Origin: a virus
Lineage: Duplodnaviria; Caudoviricetes
Length of the DNA: 64,000 nucleotides
IMG/VR virus record: IMGVR_UViG_3300020050_016871
Coordinates: 14,455-78,454 of that record
Reading direction: 5' to 3' (one strand)
Positions within the stretch are counted from its first letter, which is position 1, and each line of letters opens with the position of its first letter. The notes under the pieces were generated by a model, which was not told the origin of the DNA, made no database searches, and saw only the letters and a program-made list of their open reading frames with translations. The position numbers and the translations under genes were made by a program. This document shows, piece after piece, positions 25,248-34,475 of this stretch.

Positions 25248-26545
25248 TGGAAAACAAAATGATTCCCCCTCCACCTCCTGGACCGCCAAGAGAAATTGAA
25301 ATCTTTACTCAGCAACAATTAGAAATTTTGCCTTTGGATGCAAAAACAAGTATTGTTGCTTTGGAAGCTAACTTACCTCAGAAAGAGTTGTTAGTATTAA
25401 ATCCGTTGGTATTAAAATTACTAAAAGTAAAAGAGTTAGAAAAATTAGAATATACTCCTTTACCTGAAGAACCAACGGAAGAAGAAATTCAATTACACAA
25501 AGAAAGTATTGAAAAATTCAAAGAAGCTAAAAAAGAAATAGCTGCTTTGAAAAAACAAAATGGTGAAGCTAAATCAGCTATTAAAAAACCATTAGATTTA
25601 TTAGGTAGTCAAGTATTGACAATTGAAAAATCAATTAACTCAGTAATTGTCGAAGTTCTTGAATCTTTAAGTACAACTTTCAAACCTTATTTGGATGCTG
25701 AATCTGAAAAAGCTGCTAAAGCTAAAGCTGCTAAAGAAGCCAAAGCAACTGAGGCTATAAACAAATTGACTGAGGAAAATACAGCTCAAGCAAATGCTTA
25801 TAAAAAAAGTACATTAATTACTTTTTTGAAATATGAAATGCTTGGTGAAACAAAAGTAGAAGTTCAAAATGCTATCGAAAATTATATAATAGATAAATTA
25901 TTTCTTTTAAGAGATAGTTTGCCATTAAAAACTTTTGAAGTATTTACTAAGGAAAAAACAGAAGATCTTTCTTTGCTAGATGAACAAGAATTGGCAAGTA
26001 TTAAAGAGTTTTTCAACAAAGAAATTAATTTGCTTACTTCTAATCTTAATGTAAAAATAACAGCATTACAATTAGAAAAAACAAATGAGAAACTAAGCGA
26101 TACAGTGGAACAGCAAACGGAGCAATTAGAATCAAAGCCTTCTTTATCTATTCCTCCACCGCCTACTATTCCTGCTGCTCCTATATCTGGTCCACCTACA
26201 ACAAGTGGTTCTCCTGCTTCAAATTCAGATTTCTTTGATGTACTTACCAATCATAGTTCTATTCCTTATGGAGCAGGTGCAAATAATGTTTCTGCAAGTA
26301 TTCCAATAGAACTTTATCCTAAAAATTCTAACGAAGTTGATTTCTTAGATTTGGTTATTGATCAAATTAATAATTGTAAAAACAATATTGCCTATATCAG
26401 AAAACGTTTTTTAAATGATACTAACATTGAAAAAACTGAAGATGATAAAAAGAACATTGAAAAAGTAAGAGGCGCTGATTTTTTATTGGACAAAACAATT
26501 GATTACATCCTTGATAAATTACCACCAGCACCATCAAAACAATAA
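25247..26545 (+). CDS. Coiled-coil protein with polyproline stretches
   Basis: 432-aa ORF. Confidence 0.75.
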   Translation: MENKMIPPPPPGPPREIEIFTQQQLEILPLDAKTSIVALEANLPQKELLVLNPLVLKLLKVKELEKLEYTPLPEEPTEEEIQLHKESIEKFKEAKKEIAALKKQNGEAKSAIKKPLDLLGSQVLTIEKSINSVIVEVLESLSTTFKPYLDAESEKAAKAKAAKEAKATEAINKLTEENTAQANAYKKSTLITFLKYEMLGETKVEVQNAIENYIIDKLFLLRDSLPLKTFEVFTKEKTEDLSLLDEQELASIKEFFNKEINLLTSNLNVKITALQLEKTNEKLSDTVEQQTEQLESKPSLSIPPPPTIPAAPISGPPTTSGSPASNSDFFDVLTNHSSIPYGAGANNVSASIPIELYPKNSNEVDFLDLVIDQINNCKNNIAYIRKRFLNDTNIEKTEDDKKNIEKVRGADFLLDKTIDYILDKLPPAPSKQ

Positions 26546-26549
26546 GTAA

Positions 26550-27206
26550 ATGAAAAAAGTATTAATAATGTTTCCGACTATACATAACGGAATCATAAAA
26601 ACAAAAGACCCAACAACTGAACCGTATAATTACGTTTCGGTTGTATGTGGTCATGCAGTTGTAGTTACTCCTTTCTCAAGCATTTTTATTGATCTAAAAG
26701 ATTACTTTGTAAATTATATTACATTGGCTGAAGATCAGAGAGAAGGCTTTCATGAGTTATTAAACTGGATGGAAGGAAAACATTTCACTTCAGAATTTTG
26801 GAGTTATTTAACAGCTTGGAATACAATAGAGGTTGTTGATGACAATTCAATTAGTATTAGTGGAGATAAATTTTATAAAATGCTTCATTATACACATGAT
26901 GAAAACATCAGTATAAAAAATATTTTGAATATGGTTCTTAATAATTTTAAATCTGGAAAATATCAATTAGCATCAATTGGAATTTCTAATTATACTTTAA
27001 AAATTATTGATAAAACTGTTGGTAAAATAATTCAAAAGAATCCATTGATTTTTGAATTTATTTCATTGAACTCTACTATTCGTTTTACAGTGGATAGTAT
27101 GCCTTGCATTTTTGGAATTATACTTTCAAACAACGCATTGACAACTAAGCAATTCATTTTTGATGGATTTAAAAACTTTGCATTGAAATCCGAACTTAAA
27201 TTATAA
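26550..27206 (+). CDS. Hypothetical protein, possible degenerate sliding-clamp-like fold
   Basis: DPTTEPYNYVSVVCGHAVVV and IGISNYTLKII...LIFEF...GIIL loosely echo beta-clamp domains I and III. Confidence 0.4.
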   Translation: MKKVLIMFPTIHNGIIKTKDPTTEPYNYVSVVCGHAVVVTPFSSIFIDLKDYFVNYITLAEDQREGFHELLNWMEGKHFTSEFWSYLTAWNTIEVVDDNSISISGDKFYKMLHYTHDENISIKNILNMVLNNFKSGKYQLASIGISNYTLKIIDKTVGKIIQKNPLIFEFISLNSTIRFTVDSMPCIFGIILSNNALTTKQFIFDGFKNFALKSELKL

Positions 27207-27208
27207 TT

Positions 27209-27658
27209 ATGGATATTATAGAAGCAATACAAAAATTAAAGGATTATAACTATTGGCAAAATGGTGGAATTGATATTGGTCAACCAGAAACTACAGAAGC
27301 CATTAATGTAGTTGCAAAACACTTTGAACAAATTACTGATTATAGTGGTGTTCATATTATTGCCAAAGAGCGTAAAAGACAAATTGAGGAATTAAAATTT
27401 GATTATTCAAATGATTCTTTATATGCTAACAATCAATTAGCACAAGCTGCAGCTTGGTATTCTTTTGATGATGAAACTAGAAATCAATTTTTAAAAAGTA
27501 ATGAAGAAATAGAAGAAGAATTTGGTTTTCGAATAGGAGAAATTTGGCCATGGAAACAATCTTATTTCAAACCAACTCCAGATGATAGAATTAAGGAACT
27601 TGCTAAAGCGGGTGCTTTGATAGCTGCTCAAATTGATTATGAATTAAATAAAAAATAA
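27209..27658 (+). CDS. Conserved phage hypothetical protein
   Basis: IAKERKRQIE...LAQAAAWY...WPW...ELAKAGALIAAQID motif, a recurrent phage family. Confidence 0.75.
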   Translation: MDIIEAIQKLKDYNYWQNGGIDIGQPETTEAINVVAKHFEQITDYSGVHIIAKERKRQIEELKFDYSNDSLYANNQLAQAAAWYSFDDETRNQFLKSNEEIEEEFGFRIGEIWPWKQSYFKPTPDDRIKELAKAGALIAAQIDYELNKK

Positions 27659-27661
27659 TCA

Positions 27662-28330
27662 ATGGCTTCAGAACAAAATCAATTAGAAACTTATTTTGAG
27701 TGGTACATTAACGAACTCAAAGAAGCTGGATTTATTAAATTTGTAAAAAGAGAACCTTTTCCAATACTTGTAAATGATGTTGTTGAAAAAAAACGATATG
27801 ATTTTTCAACAAAAACCCCTAGAATAGAAAATTATAAGTTGTTTCAAAGAAACACTTATACTTGTGATTGGTTTATTATTTGGGAAAAGCATGCTCACGA
27901 AATATTCTACAATTTATTAGATGATACACCCACTAGAATTTATTGTCCTTTTTATGCTATCATTGACAAAAAAGGAGAGCATATTTCTTTTGTAGATGTA
28001 AAACCACCAGCAGGAGCAATGATATTTGGAAACAATACAACAGGTTATACTTTTCCTATACTGCAAAAAATAATTTATACAGTATATGGGATTTATGTAA
28101 ACAAATCAATTCCTATTCCATTAATGAAAAAAGGAACTGTTAAGTCCGGAAACAAATCAGCATTGTTTCTAACAACTTTTGTTCCTAAAAGATATTTGCT
28201 TACAGATGGCGGTATGCAAGGACGCGAAATAAAATATCGTAAACAATCACTGAAAGAGTATGTTGCTTATAAGCAAAAAGAAATTGCTCGAATCAACTTA
28301 GTTTTTCAAAAACAACAAACATTATTGTAA
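27662..28330 (+). CDS. Putative PD-(D/E)XK nuclease
   Basis: YTCDWFI...FVDVKP pattern. Confidence 0.45.
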   Translation: MASEQNQLETYFEWYINELKEAGFIKFVKREPFPILVNDVVEKKRYDFSTKTPRIENYKLFQRNTYTCDWFIIWEKHAHEIFYNLLDDTPTRIYCPFYAIIDKKGEHISFVDVKPPAGAMIFGNNTTGYTFPILQKIIYTVYGIYVNKSIPIPLMKKGTVKSGNKSALFLTTFVPKRYLLTDGGMQGREIKYRKQSLKEYVAYKQKEIARINLVFQKQQTLL

Positions 28331-28830
28331 TGACCGAAGAAAACAAATTAAATAGTTTAGAGCAATTTCAAAAAAACTGTTTTAAAGCTTATAAGACGTT
28401 AGGTTTTTCAGCAGACAATTCAAACATTGTTTTTGAGATAATCATTCAAATGAGAAACCTTGTTGTTTCAGCAGAAGCACAAGACACAATATTGTTACAT
28501 AAACACATGGGATTATGTGCTGAAGCTATTGCTAATTATGCTACAGTAAACAGCATTAAACTAAAAATAGCAATTAGTAAAAATTCGCATCAAAAAATGT
28601 TTCTAGATACTGATTCTTTAGATTTAGAATATTATTTGGAGAAAATAAAAAATGAATTGGCTTTTGTAAATGATATGGAAGATTCTGAAAAAATAGGATT
28701 TATTCAAAAATGTTGGATATCTGTTTTTCCTGAAGAATACCATGATGATTTTTTAAAAGTCGATAGAATTTTAAAAACAGTTATTGAGGATAACAAAATA
28801 AAATTTCCTCAATTCTACATAAACCAATAA
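28330..28830 (+). CDS. Hypothetical protein, degenerate MazG-like helical fold
   Basis: HKHMGLCAEA and VIEDNKIKF echo MazG-like NTP-PPases; catalytic EExGD not evident. Confidence 0.35.
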   Translation: MTEENKLNSLEQFQKNCFKAYKTLGFSADNSNIVFEIIIQMRNLVVSAEAQDTILLHKHMGLCAEAIANYATVNSIKLKIAISKNSHQKMFLDTDSLDLEYYLEKIKNELAFVNDMEDSEKIGFIQKCWISVFPEEYHDDFLKVDRILKTVIEDNKIKFPQFYINQ

Positions 28831-28857
28831 ATCAAACAACAATTAAAAAAAAACATT

Positions 28858-29991
28858 ATGAATTTTTTCGAAACATTATCAGCAACAGGAATTAAAGATG
28901 TAGTATTTCAAGTAAAAGAAGATAGTACAGGAAACATCACTGTTTTTATTACTCCAAAATCAGTATCAGAAGATCCTGCTTTGTCAAAATTAAAACCAAT
29001 TTTTATTAGTGGAACACCACAAGATATTGATGGACAATTTTTTCATTTGATTACTGCTCCTCTTCAAAACATTCAAAAAGTATTTACAAACATAGAAGCT
29101 TTTGAAGCCCAGGCTAAAGAAGTTGCTAAAGCTACTGCAGATAAAAAATCAGCTAAAAAAGCAACAACAACAGCTGCTGCATCGGAAGAAGATGGAGAAG
29201 AAAAAACACCAGCTGCTAAGCCTGAAAAAACAGTTAAAGTCAACAATGAAAAAGTTCTAAAAGAATTTATGACTTCTATTAAAGATGAACCGATTATTGG
29301 TCATAAAGAAAAAATAGAAGAATTGTATGCTTTATTATCTGAAGCTGAGTTAGGAAAACCATTTGCTAAAAAAGTGAGAATCGATTTAGATATTGCTATT
29401 CGTAAAGAAGCAAACTTACAAGCTGCTAGAGAGAAACATGGTTTTACTCCTAAAGAAGAAACTGCCACAGAATCTAAAGATATGAAGATAGTAGATATCA
29501 GCAATCTTACAGTACAAAATGGAGTAATAAAAGAAGTAGTAAACCCAAACGAGAACGCACCTCAAGCTGCTGGTCCAGAAGAGGTAGTTGCTACAAATGA
29601 AAGTGAAAACACAGAAAGTATTATTGATGCTTATGAACAATCTGCTGTAGAAAAAGAAGTTGCTTTTGAACAAGTATCTGCTCCTATAGAAGAAGTAATT
29701 ATTCCTACTCCTACACCACCAGCGCCTGTTGCCGCACCAATAGTTCCGAAAGTACCTGCTGAACCTGAGTTTGAAGAAATTCAACAATTAGTAATGTTAG
29801 TTACTGATGGAACTTATGAAGAATACATTAAAGCTACATGGACTGACGAATTGTTAATTGAGCACAAAAAAGCAGAATACAGAACTGTTAAAGTTCCTGT
29901 TATTAAAACACCGGTAGCCGAAGCACCTGCTCAAAAGTTATCTTATACTTTTCCAACGCAATTTGATGCTGAAGAAGAAGAAAACAATTAA
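28858..29991 (+). CDS. PRTRC system protein E (ParB-related ThiF-related cassette) with long C-terminal extension
   Basis: MNFFETL...GNITVFITP...LKPIFISGTPQDIDGQFFHLITAP N-terminus; first gene of the cassette. Confidence 0.8.
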   Translation: MNFFETLSATGIKDVVFQVKEDSTGNITVFITPKSVSEDPALSKLKPIFISGTPQDIDGQFFHLITAPLQNIQKVFTNIEAFEAQAKEVAKATADKKSAKKATTTAAASEEDGEEKTPAAKPEKTVKVNNEKVLKEFMTSIKDEPIIGHKEKIEELYALLSEAELGKPFAKKVRIDLDIAIRKEANLQAAREKHGFTPKEETATESKDMKIVDISNLTVQNGVIKEVVNPNENAPQAAGPEEVVATNESENTESIIDAYEQSAVEKEVAFEQVSAPIEEVIIPTPTPPAPVAAPIVPKVPAEPEFEEIQQLVMLVTDGTYEEYIKATWTDELLIEHKKAEYRTVKVPVIKTPVAEAPAQKLSYTFPTQFDAEEEENN

Positions 29992-30012
29992 TTAATTTTT
30001 AGATAAAATATC

Positions 30013-30231
30013 ATGGCAATAGTAAAAGAATTAAAAAGAAAGTTCACTATCAAAATAGGAAATGAAGTTATTGAACTTGAAGATCCGAATTCAAACTTTG
30101 AAGCAAAAGATGTAATGGAAATGTATGCCAATCAATATCCTCAATTAGTAAATGCTACTATTGAATCAAAAGGAATTGTTGACGAATGTATTCTGTACAA
30201 TTTTGCGACAGTAGCCGGAACAAAAGGATAA
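30013..30231 (+). CDS. PRTRC system protein C, ubiquitin-like modifier
   Basis: LKRKF...LEDPN...VMEMYANQYPQLVNATIE...YNFATVAGTKG; ends in Gly. Confidence 0.9.
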   Translation: MAIVKELKRKFTIKIGNEVIELEDPNSNFEAKDVMEMYANQYPQLVNATIESKGIVDECILYNFATVAGTKG

Positions 30232-30234
30232 GCT

Positions 30235-30408
30235 ATGAATGCAATTGAATTTTTAAAAATTTTAAAGGAGCGGCCACAGGCTGCTCCTTTTGATAAAAAA
30301 CTTAGTGGTTTATGTCAAAATATTCGATCCAATCAAAAAACAAATTACAAAAACGGAACCGTACAAACAAAAATGGTTCTAAGCAGACAAAAAATATTTT
30401 TCAGCTAA
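30235..30408 (+). CDS. 57-aa ORF inside the PRTRC cassette, overlapping the next gene
   Basis: Manual translation MNAIEFLKILKERPQ...; good start context right after the Ubl stop. Confidence 0.4.
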   Translation: MNAIEFLKILKERPQAAPFDKKLSGLCQNIRSNQKTNYKNGTVQTKMVLSRQKIFFS

Positions 30409-31358
30409 TTGATCAAATTCCTAAAATAAAATATGGAATTAATATTGGTGAACATGATCCTATAATCTTTGCAGAAAATCTTATTACTTTTTTACAATCA
30501 AAACATCCTGAAGAATTAAATAAATTAGTTTTTAAGGAAACTGATAGTTTGAACAAATTGTTAGGTCTATTAGCTAAAACTATTATAGATCTTAAATACA
30601 TAATTGTATATTCTGAAGAAGATAAAACAAATAACGATTTACGAATTTTATATGAGATACCTCATAAAGAATTTATGTGGTATTATTTTGATACAAAAAC
30701 AATTGATGATATAGAAGCTGAAGAATTAAAAATTGGCTTTGCTCATTTTCTATACCATTTTGGAAAATCATGTGAACATAATGCTTTAGATAGTGATTAT
30801 GAAAATACTGTTGATAATCCTTATGAAATGCAATTTGAAATGCTTAGTGATGAAGAAATAGCTTTTGATGAAAATGATGAATTTGATGAAGAGCATTATG
30901 AAAAAATAAGTGATAAAGCTAATGAAGAACTTCAGACATTAAGAGTATTAAAAGAAAAATTTAATTTCTATAATCAAAAACCATTAGAATTGTTTTTAGA
31001 TTACGAACCTAAAAATGATTTAGAAAAAGGATTTAAAGAATGTTTAATAGAAGGATTAGATATTCCTTTTCGTGACATTATGGTTCAATTCATGCCAGAT
31101 GAAGATATTTATAACGATGGAGGTATTGGTTTTGATATGAATTTTGTTTTGTATTTAGATCCAGAAAATGAATTTGAAAAAGAACATTTTACATATATGA
31201 ATGAAAATGCTAACAATGGAATTTCAAATCCTTGTGGCTGGTATTCTGTATCTGAAGGTATTCTAGAACAAATGACTTCAGATGAAGATGCCAAGAATCT
31301 TTTTTATATTCAATGTTATTTGGAAAATATTTATACTCAATTTTTAAATAAAATGTAA
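30312..31358 (+). CDS. PRTRC-cassette acidic protein (protein F position)
   Basis: 348-aa ORF between Ubl and E2, as in Bacteroidota PRTRC cassettes; call is mainly positional. Confidence 0.55.
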   Translation: MSKYSIQSKNKLQKRNRTNKNGSKQTKNIFQLIDQIPKIKYGINIGEHDPIIFAENLITFLQSKHPEELNKLVFKETDSLNKLLGLLAKTIIDLKYIIVYSEEDKTNNDLRILYEIPHKEFMWYYFDTKTIDDIEAEELKIGFAHFLYHFGKSCEHNALDSDYENTVDNPYEMQFEMLSDEEIAFDENDEFDEEHYEKISDKANEELQTLRVLKEKFNFYNQKPLELFLDYEPKNDLEKGFKECLIEGLDIPFRDIMVQFMPDEDIYNDGGIGFDMNFVLYLDPENEFEKEHFTYMNENANNGISNPCGWYSVSEGILEQMTSDEDAKNLFYIQCYLENIYTQFLNKM

Positions 31359-32029
31359 TGATAACACACATTAAAAATGTTGACGAAAACAAATTAGAAT
31401 TTGTTATATGTGGATATTCTAGCGAAATGATTTATCATGAATTCAATTCAGATGAAAACAAATTAGATGCCGGCAAGTCATTGACTTTTGAAACTGCAAA
31501 ATCTATTTTTAATTTTATTAATCAAATAGATGATATTCAAAATTATTCTTTTCAAGACATTATTCCAAAAAATGTTTTAAAGTTTAAAACAGATGAAAAA
31601 TATATTATCTGGGAAACTCCTGAAGGTATTCAAGACATAATTTACAAAGAAAATTTACCTATACAATCAGGAAAGTATTTTGTTCCAAAAATGGTTTGGA
31701 AATTGGTAAATAACAGATTGTCTATTTGGGCAATTAAAAAAAGTGTTTCAAGTAAAAAAGATAAATTATTTCAAGCTCCATTTTTTAACGTAAATGGTAC
31801 CGGAGGTGTTTGTATGGGAAATGCAAAATTTGTTGATAACGGCTATGATTATTTAAAAATAATGAAAAAGGTTGAAGCTGCTTTCTGGAATTCTGTTTTC
31901 ACACATACTATTCAAAACGAACTGCTTAATTTTAATTTTGTAGAATGGTGTAATGATCCAAGATTACATTTAGAAGATTGCAGTCATTTATTGATTGAAA
32001 AGTCAACAATAATTAAAGATATATTATAA
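31358..32029 (+). CDS. PRTRC system protein B, prokaryotic E2 family D
   Basis: IIWETP...YFVPKMVW...LSIWAIK...LFQAPFFNVNGTGGVCMGN...FWNSVFTH; candidate catalytic Cys in VCMG. Confidence 0.88.
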   Translation: MITHIKNVDENKLEFVICGYSSEMIYHEFNSDENKLDAGKSLTFETAKSIFNFINQIDDIQNYSFQDIIPKNVLKFKTDEKYIIWETPEGIQDIIYKENLPIQSGKYFVPKMVWKLVNNRLSIWAIKKSVSSKKDKLFQAPFFNVNGTGGVCMGNAKFVDNGYDYLKIMKKVEAAFWNSVFTHTIQNELLNFNFVEWCNDPRLHLEDCSHLLIEKSTIIKDIL

Positions 32030-32247
32030 TGGCAGAATTTGAAATAGCAGCACCTGGAACAATCTGTTTAATTCAACAAACAGAAGATGGAAGAATTATG
32101 CAATTAGCAATGACAAAAGAACAAAACAATCTTTTACAATTATTGATTGCATCAATGAGCACAGCAAGTCCTTTAATTAAAATGGATCCAGAGTATGATT
32201 TGGTTTTAAAAAATTCATTGTGTAAAAAATGTAAAAATGAAAAATAA
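32029..32247 (+). CDS. Small hypothetical protein within the cassette
   Basis: 72-aa ORF coupled to E2 and E1 genes. Confidence 0.6.
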   Translation: MAEFEIAAPGTICLIQQTEDGRIMQLAMTKEQNNLLQLLIASMSTASPLIKMDPEYDLVLKNSLCKKCKNEK

Positions 32248-33058
32248 AAAAGAAACAATTCATTATGCTCCTGCATATTTTATTGAACCAACGCATCCAA
32301 TAACAATTGCTGTAATTGGCTGTGGTGGTACGGGTTCATTAGTACTTCCTCGATTGGCACGATTGGATTATGTTTTAAAAGAATTAGGATTGCCAGGTTT
32401 GTACGTGCATGCGTATGACGGCGATACTGTAGAGCAAAACAATGTAGGCAGACAGAACTTTAATAAAAATGATATTGGTGAATTCAAAGCGGCCAATTTA
32501 ATCCAAAAAATAAATATGGCTTATGGATTAGATTGGAATGCTACAAATGAATACGTAAGCAATATTCCGAGTGCAAACATTTTAATTACTTGTGTTGACA
32601 AAATTGATTTAAGAACTTTATTTCATGGCGTTTTTAATTCAGATTATAAAAACAAGAACAATGATTATCTTAAAAATTATTATTGGTTAGATTGTGGTAA
32701 CGGTAGAAATTTTGGTCAGGTTGTATTAACTACAATTGGTAAAATAGAACAACCTAAAAAATCAGCATACAATTGTCAATCAATACTTCCATCAGTAATT
32801 GATATCTATGGAGAATTGAACCAATACGATACACAAGAAGCACAAGGTATTGTTGGTTGTTCAATGGCTGAAAGTTTAGCTAAACAAGATGTATTCATTA
32901 ATGATGAAATAGCTGTTCAAGCAGTTAAAATTGTACAGCAGCTGGTTCGTCATTATCGAATTCAATATCATGGCGCTGTAGTCAATCAGGGAACAAGTAA
33001 AGTAATTGGAATTCCGATTCCACAAAACAAAAAATCATGTCAAAATACCAAGAAATAA
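32237..33058 (+). CDS. PRTRC system ThiF-family E1 enzyme
   Basis: VIGCGGTGS, DGDTVEQNNVGRQ, ITCVD, YWLDCGNG..FGQV, GCSMAESLAKQDVFIN. Confidence 0.93.
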   Translation: MKNKKETIHYAPAYFIEPTHPITIAVIGCGGTGSLVLPRLARLDYVLKELGLPGLYVHAYDGDTVEQNNVGRQNFNKNDIGEFKAANLIQKINMAYGLDWNATNEYVSNIPSANILITCVDKIDLRTLFHGVFNSDYKNKNNDYLKNYYWLDCGNGRNFGQVVLTTIGKIEQPKKSAYNCQSILPSVIDIYGELNQYDTQEAQGIVGCSMAESLAKQDVFINDEIAVQAVKIVQQLVRHYRIQYHGAVVNQGTSKVIGIPIPQNKKSCQNTKK

Positions 33059-33435
33059 AAAAGCAATCAGAAAAAAAAAGAACTGTATTGTTTAAAGAGG
33101 TAGGATTGTTTTTCGCTTTCAGTGATGAACAATTTGGTAAAAATAAAACACTGCTTATAGAAGGAGATAAATATGTTTCTATCGGTGCCGGCGGTTATTT
33201 ACCAAAATCAAAAGTGGATGAATTCATTAAAGGTTCAAAGGCAATTACAAAATGGGAGAAAGACGAAATAAAAAATCAAAAGTTAGCCAGAGAACAGATC
33301 GCTTATGAATTGGCAAATCATGAAGCGTATTACACTGGAGAATTAGAAGACACTTATGATGCTCTTGGCGGTGTATATTCAATGGAAGAAATTCAAAAAG
33401 TATACCGTGAAGAATGTAAAACCCATCAGAAATAA
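33037..33435 (+). CDS. Conserved phage/mobile-element hypothetical protein
   Basis: FFAFSDEQF...SIGAGGY...IAYELANHE motif. Confidence 0.7.
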   Translation: MSKYQEIKKQSEKKRTVLFKEVGLFFAFSDEQFGKNKTLLIEGDKYVSIGAGGYLPKSKVDEFIKGSKAITKWEKDEIKNQKLAREQIAYELANHEAYYTGELEDTYDALGGVYSMEEIQKVYREECKTHQK

Positions 33436-33578
33436 TGACTTCTGAAAAAGACCTGGCACTAACAACTTTGCAGTTATTAGCTAATGCTACAGGAGCAACA
33501 TTCGAAGATGAAGAATTAGCTGTAGAAATAATTGAAAGCTTAATTATCAATGTAAAAAATAAAAACAATGAAACTTGA
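33435..33578 (+). CDS. 47-aa hypothetical protein
   Basis: Manual translation MTSEKDLAL...; TAATG coupling. Confidence 0.5.
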   Translation: MTSEKDLALTTLQLLANATGATFEDEELAVEIIESLIINVKNKNNET

Positions 33579-33828
33579 AAATTTATTAAAAGGTCAAGAA
33601 CTTGTAAAATTAATTGAAGAAAAAGAAAAACAAATTTCTTTAATTGAACAAAAAATTGACACAATCAGACGTAGTTCTATTGATAAAATGAAAGTTATTT
33701 TAAATGGACAGTCTGAAGAATTAAACTTTAAAATATCTAAAAAAGTTATTATTAGAGAAGGAAATGAAGAACTATATGTTCTCAGAAACCAAGTAAAAGC
33801 ATTGAAATATAATTTTGAAAAATTGTAA
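33568..33828 (+). CDS. Hypothetical coiled-coil protein
   Basis: 86-aa ORF. Confidence 0.6.
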   Translation: MKLENLLKGQELVKLIEEKEKQISLIEQKIDTIRRSSIDKMKVILNGQSEELNFKISKKVIIREGNEELYVLRNQVKALKYNFEKL

Positions 33829-33830
33829 TT

Positions 33831-34004
33831 ATGAAAAAAATAGCAGTAATAGATCACTCAGTAAATGGATTATTTATTTACAGTGTAGATGAAAATTTCA
33901 ATGAAGAAAAAATCGAAGAATTCTTAACAGAGCAAGGAAGACATATTTCTAATTGCTCATGGGGAGAATTTGATGGAGAAATAATTGATTTAACAAACGA
34001 ATAA
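33831..34004 (+). CDS. 57-aa hypothetical protein
   Basis: Manual translation MKKIAVIDHS...NCSWGEF; fills the gap exactly. Confidence 0.6.
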   Translation: MKKIAVIDHSVNGLFIYSVDENFNEEKIEEFLTEQGRHISNCSWGEFDGEIIDLTNE

Positions 34005-34005
34005 A

Positions 34006-34236
34006 ATGGTAAATAAAGAAACTTTAAAAACGTATAATTACGAAACAATTAATGATTATTTTCTATACATAATTGAAAGTAAGATTAATGGTCAAAATCG
34101 ACAAGTAGCTGATTTGATTGAAGAACTTTCTAAAAATCAAAAGAAAGAATTTTTATTCTATTTACTTTATTCTTGTGATAATTTAGACAAAAAATCAGTT
34201 ACTTATTGTACTGACATCACTATAAAATTATTATAA
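34006..34236 (+). CDS. Hypothetical protein
   Basis: 76-aa ORF. Confidence 0.6.
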   Translation: MVNKETLKTYNYETINDYFLYIIESKINGQNRQVADLIEELSKNQKKEFLFYLLYSCDNLDKKSVTYCTDITIKLL

Positions 34237-34475
34237 TGAAAAAAACAACAGAAGAATGGTTCAAAGAACTACCATTGCAAATACGATTAAAAGCGACAGA
34301 AAACACAAGACGTAATTGGGGGAAAGGTTATTTTAAAAGAGCTTTAAATTTCAAATGTGATAATTTATTTTTTGCTATTTACAGTTCTTTTCCTTTTCGA
34401 AACACAAAAGAAGGATCTCTTTTTTGGCTTAACATAATTAATAAATATTGTAATGATTCTACAGGAAACGATTGA
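34236..34475 (+). CDS. Hypothetical protein
   Basis: 79-aa ORF, coupled. Confidence 0.6.
   Translation: MKKTTEEWFKELPLQIRLKATENTRRNWGKGYFKRALNFKCDNLFFAIYSSFPFRNTKEGSLFWLNIINKYCNDSTGND

Noticed and set aside
30235-30408. Programmed -1 frameshift from the 57-aa ORF into the 348-aa gene
   Set aside because: The AAAAAAC run is not in the required phase, and the downstream gene has its own ATG.
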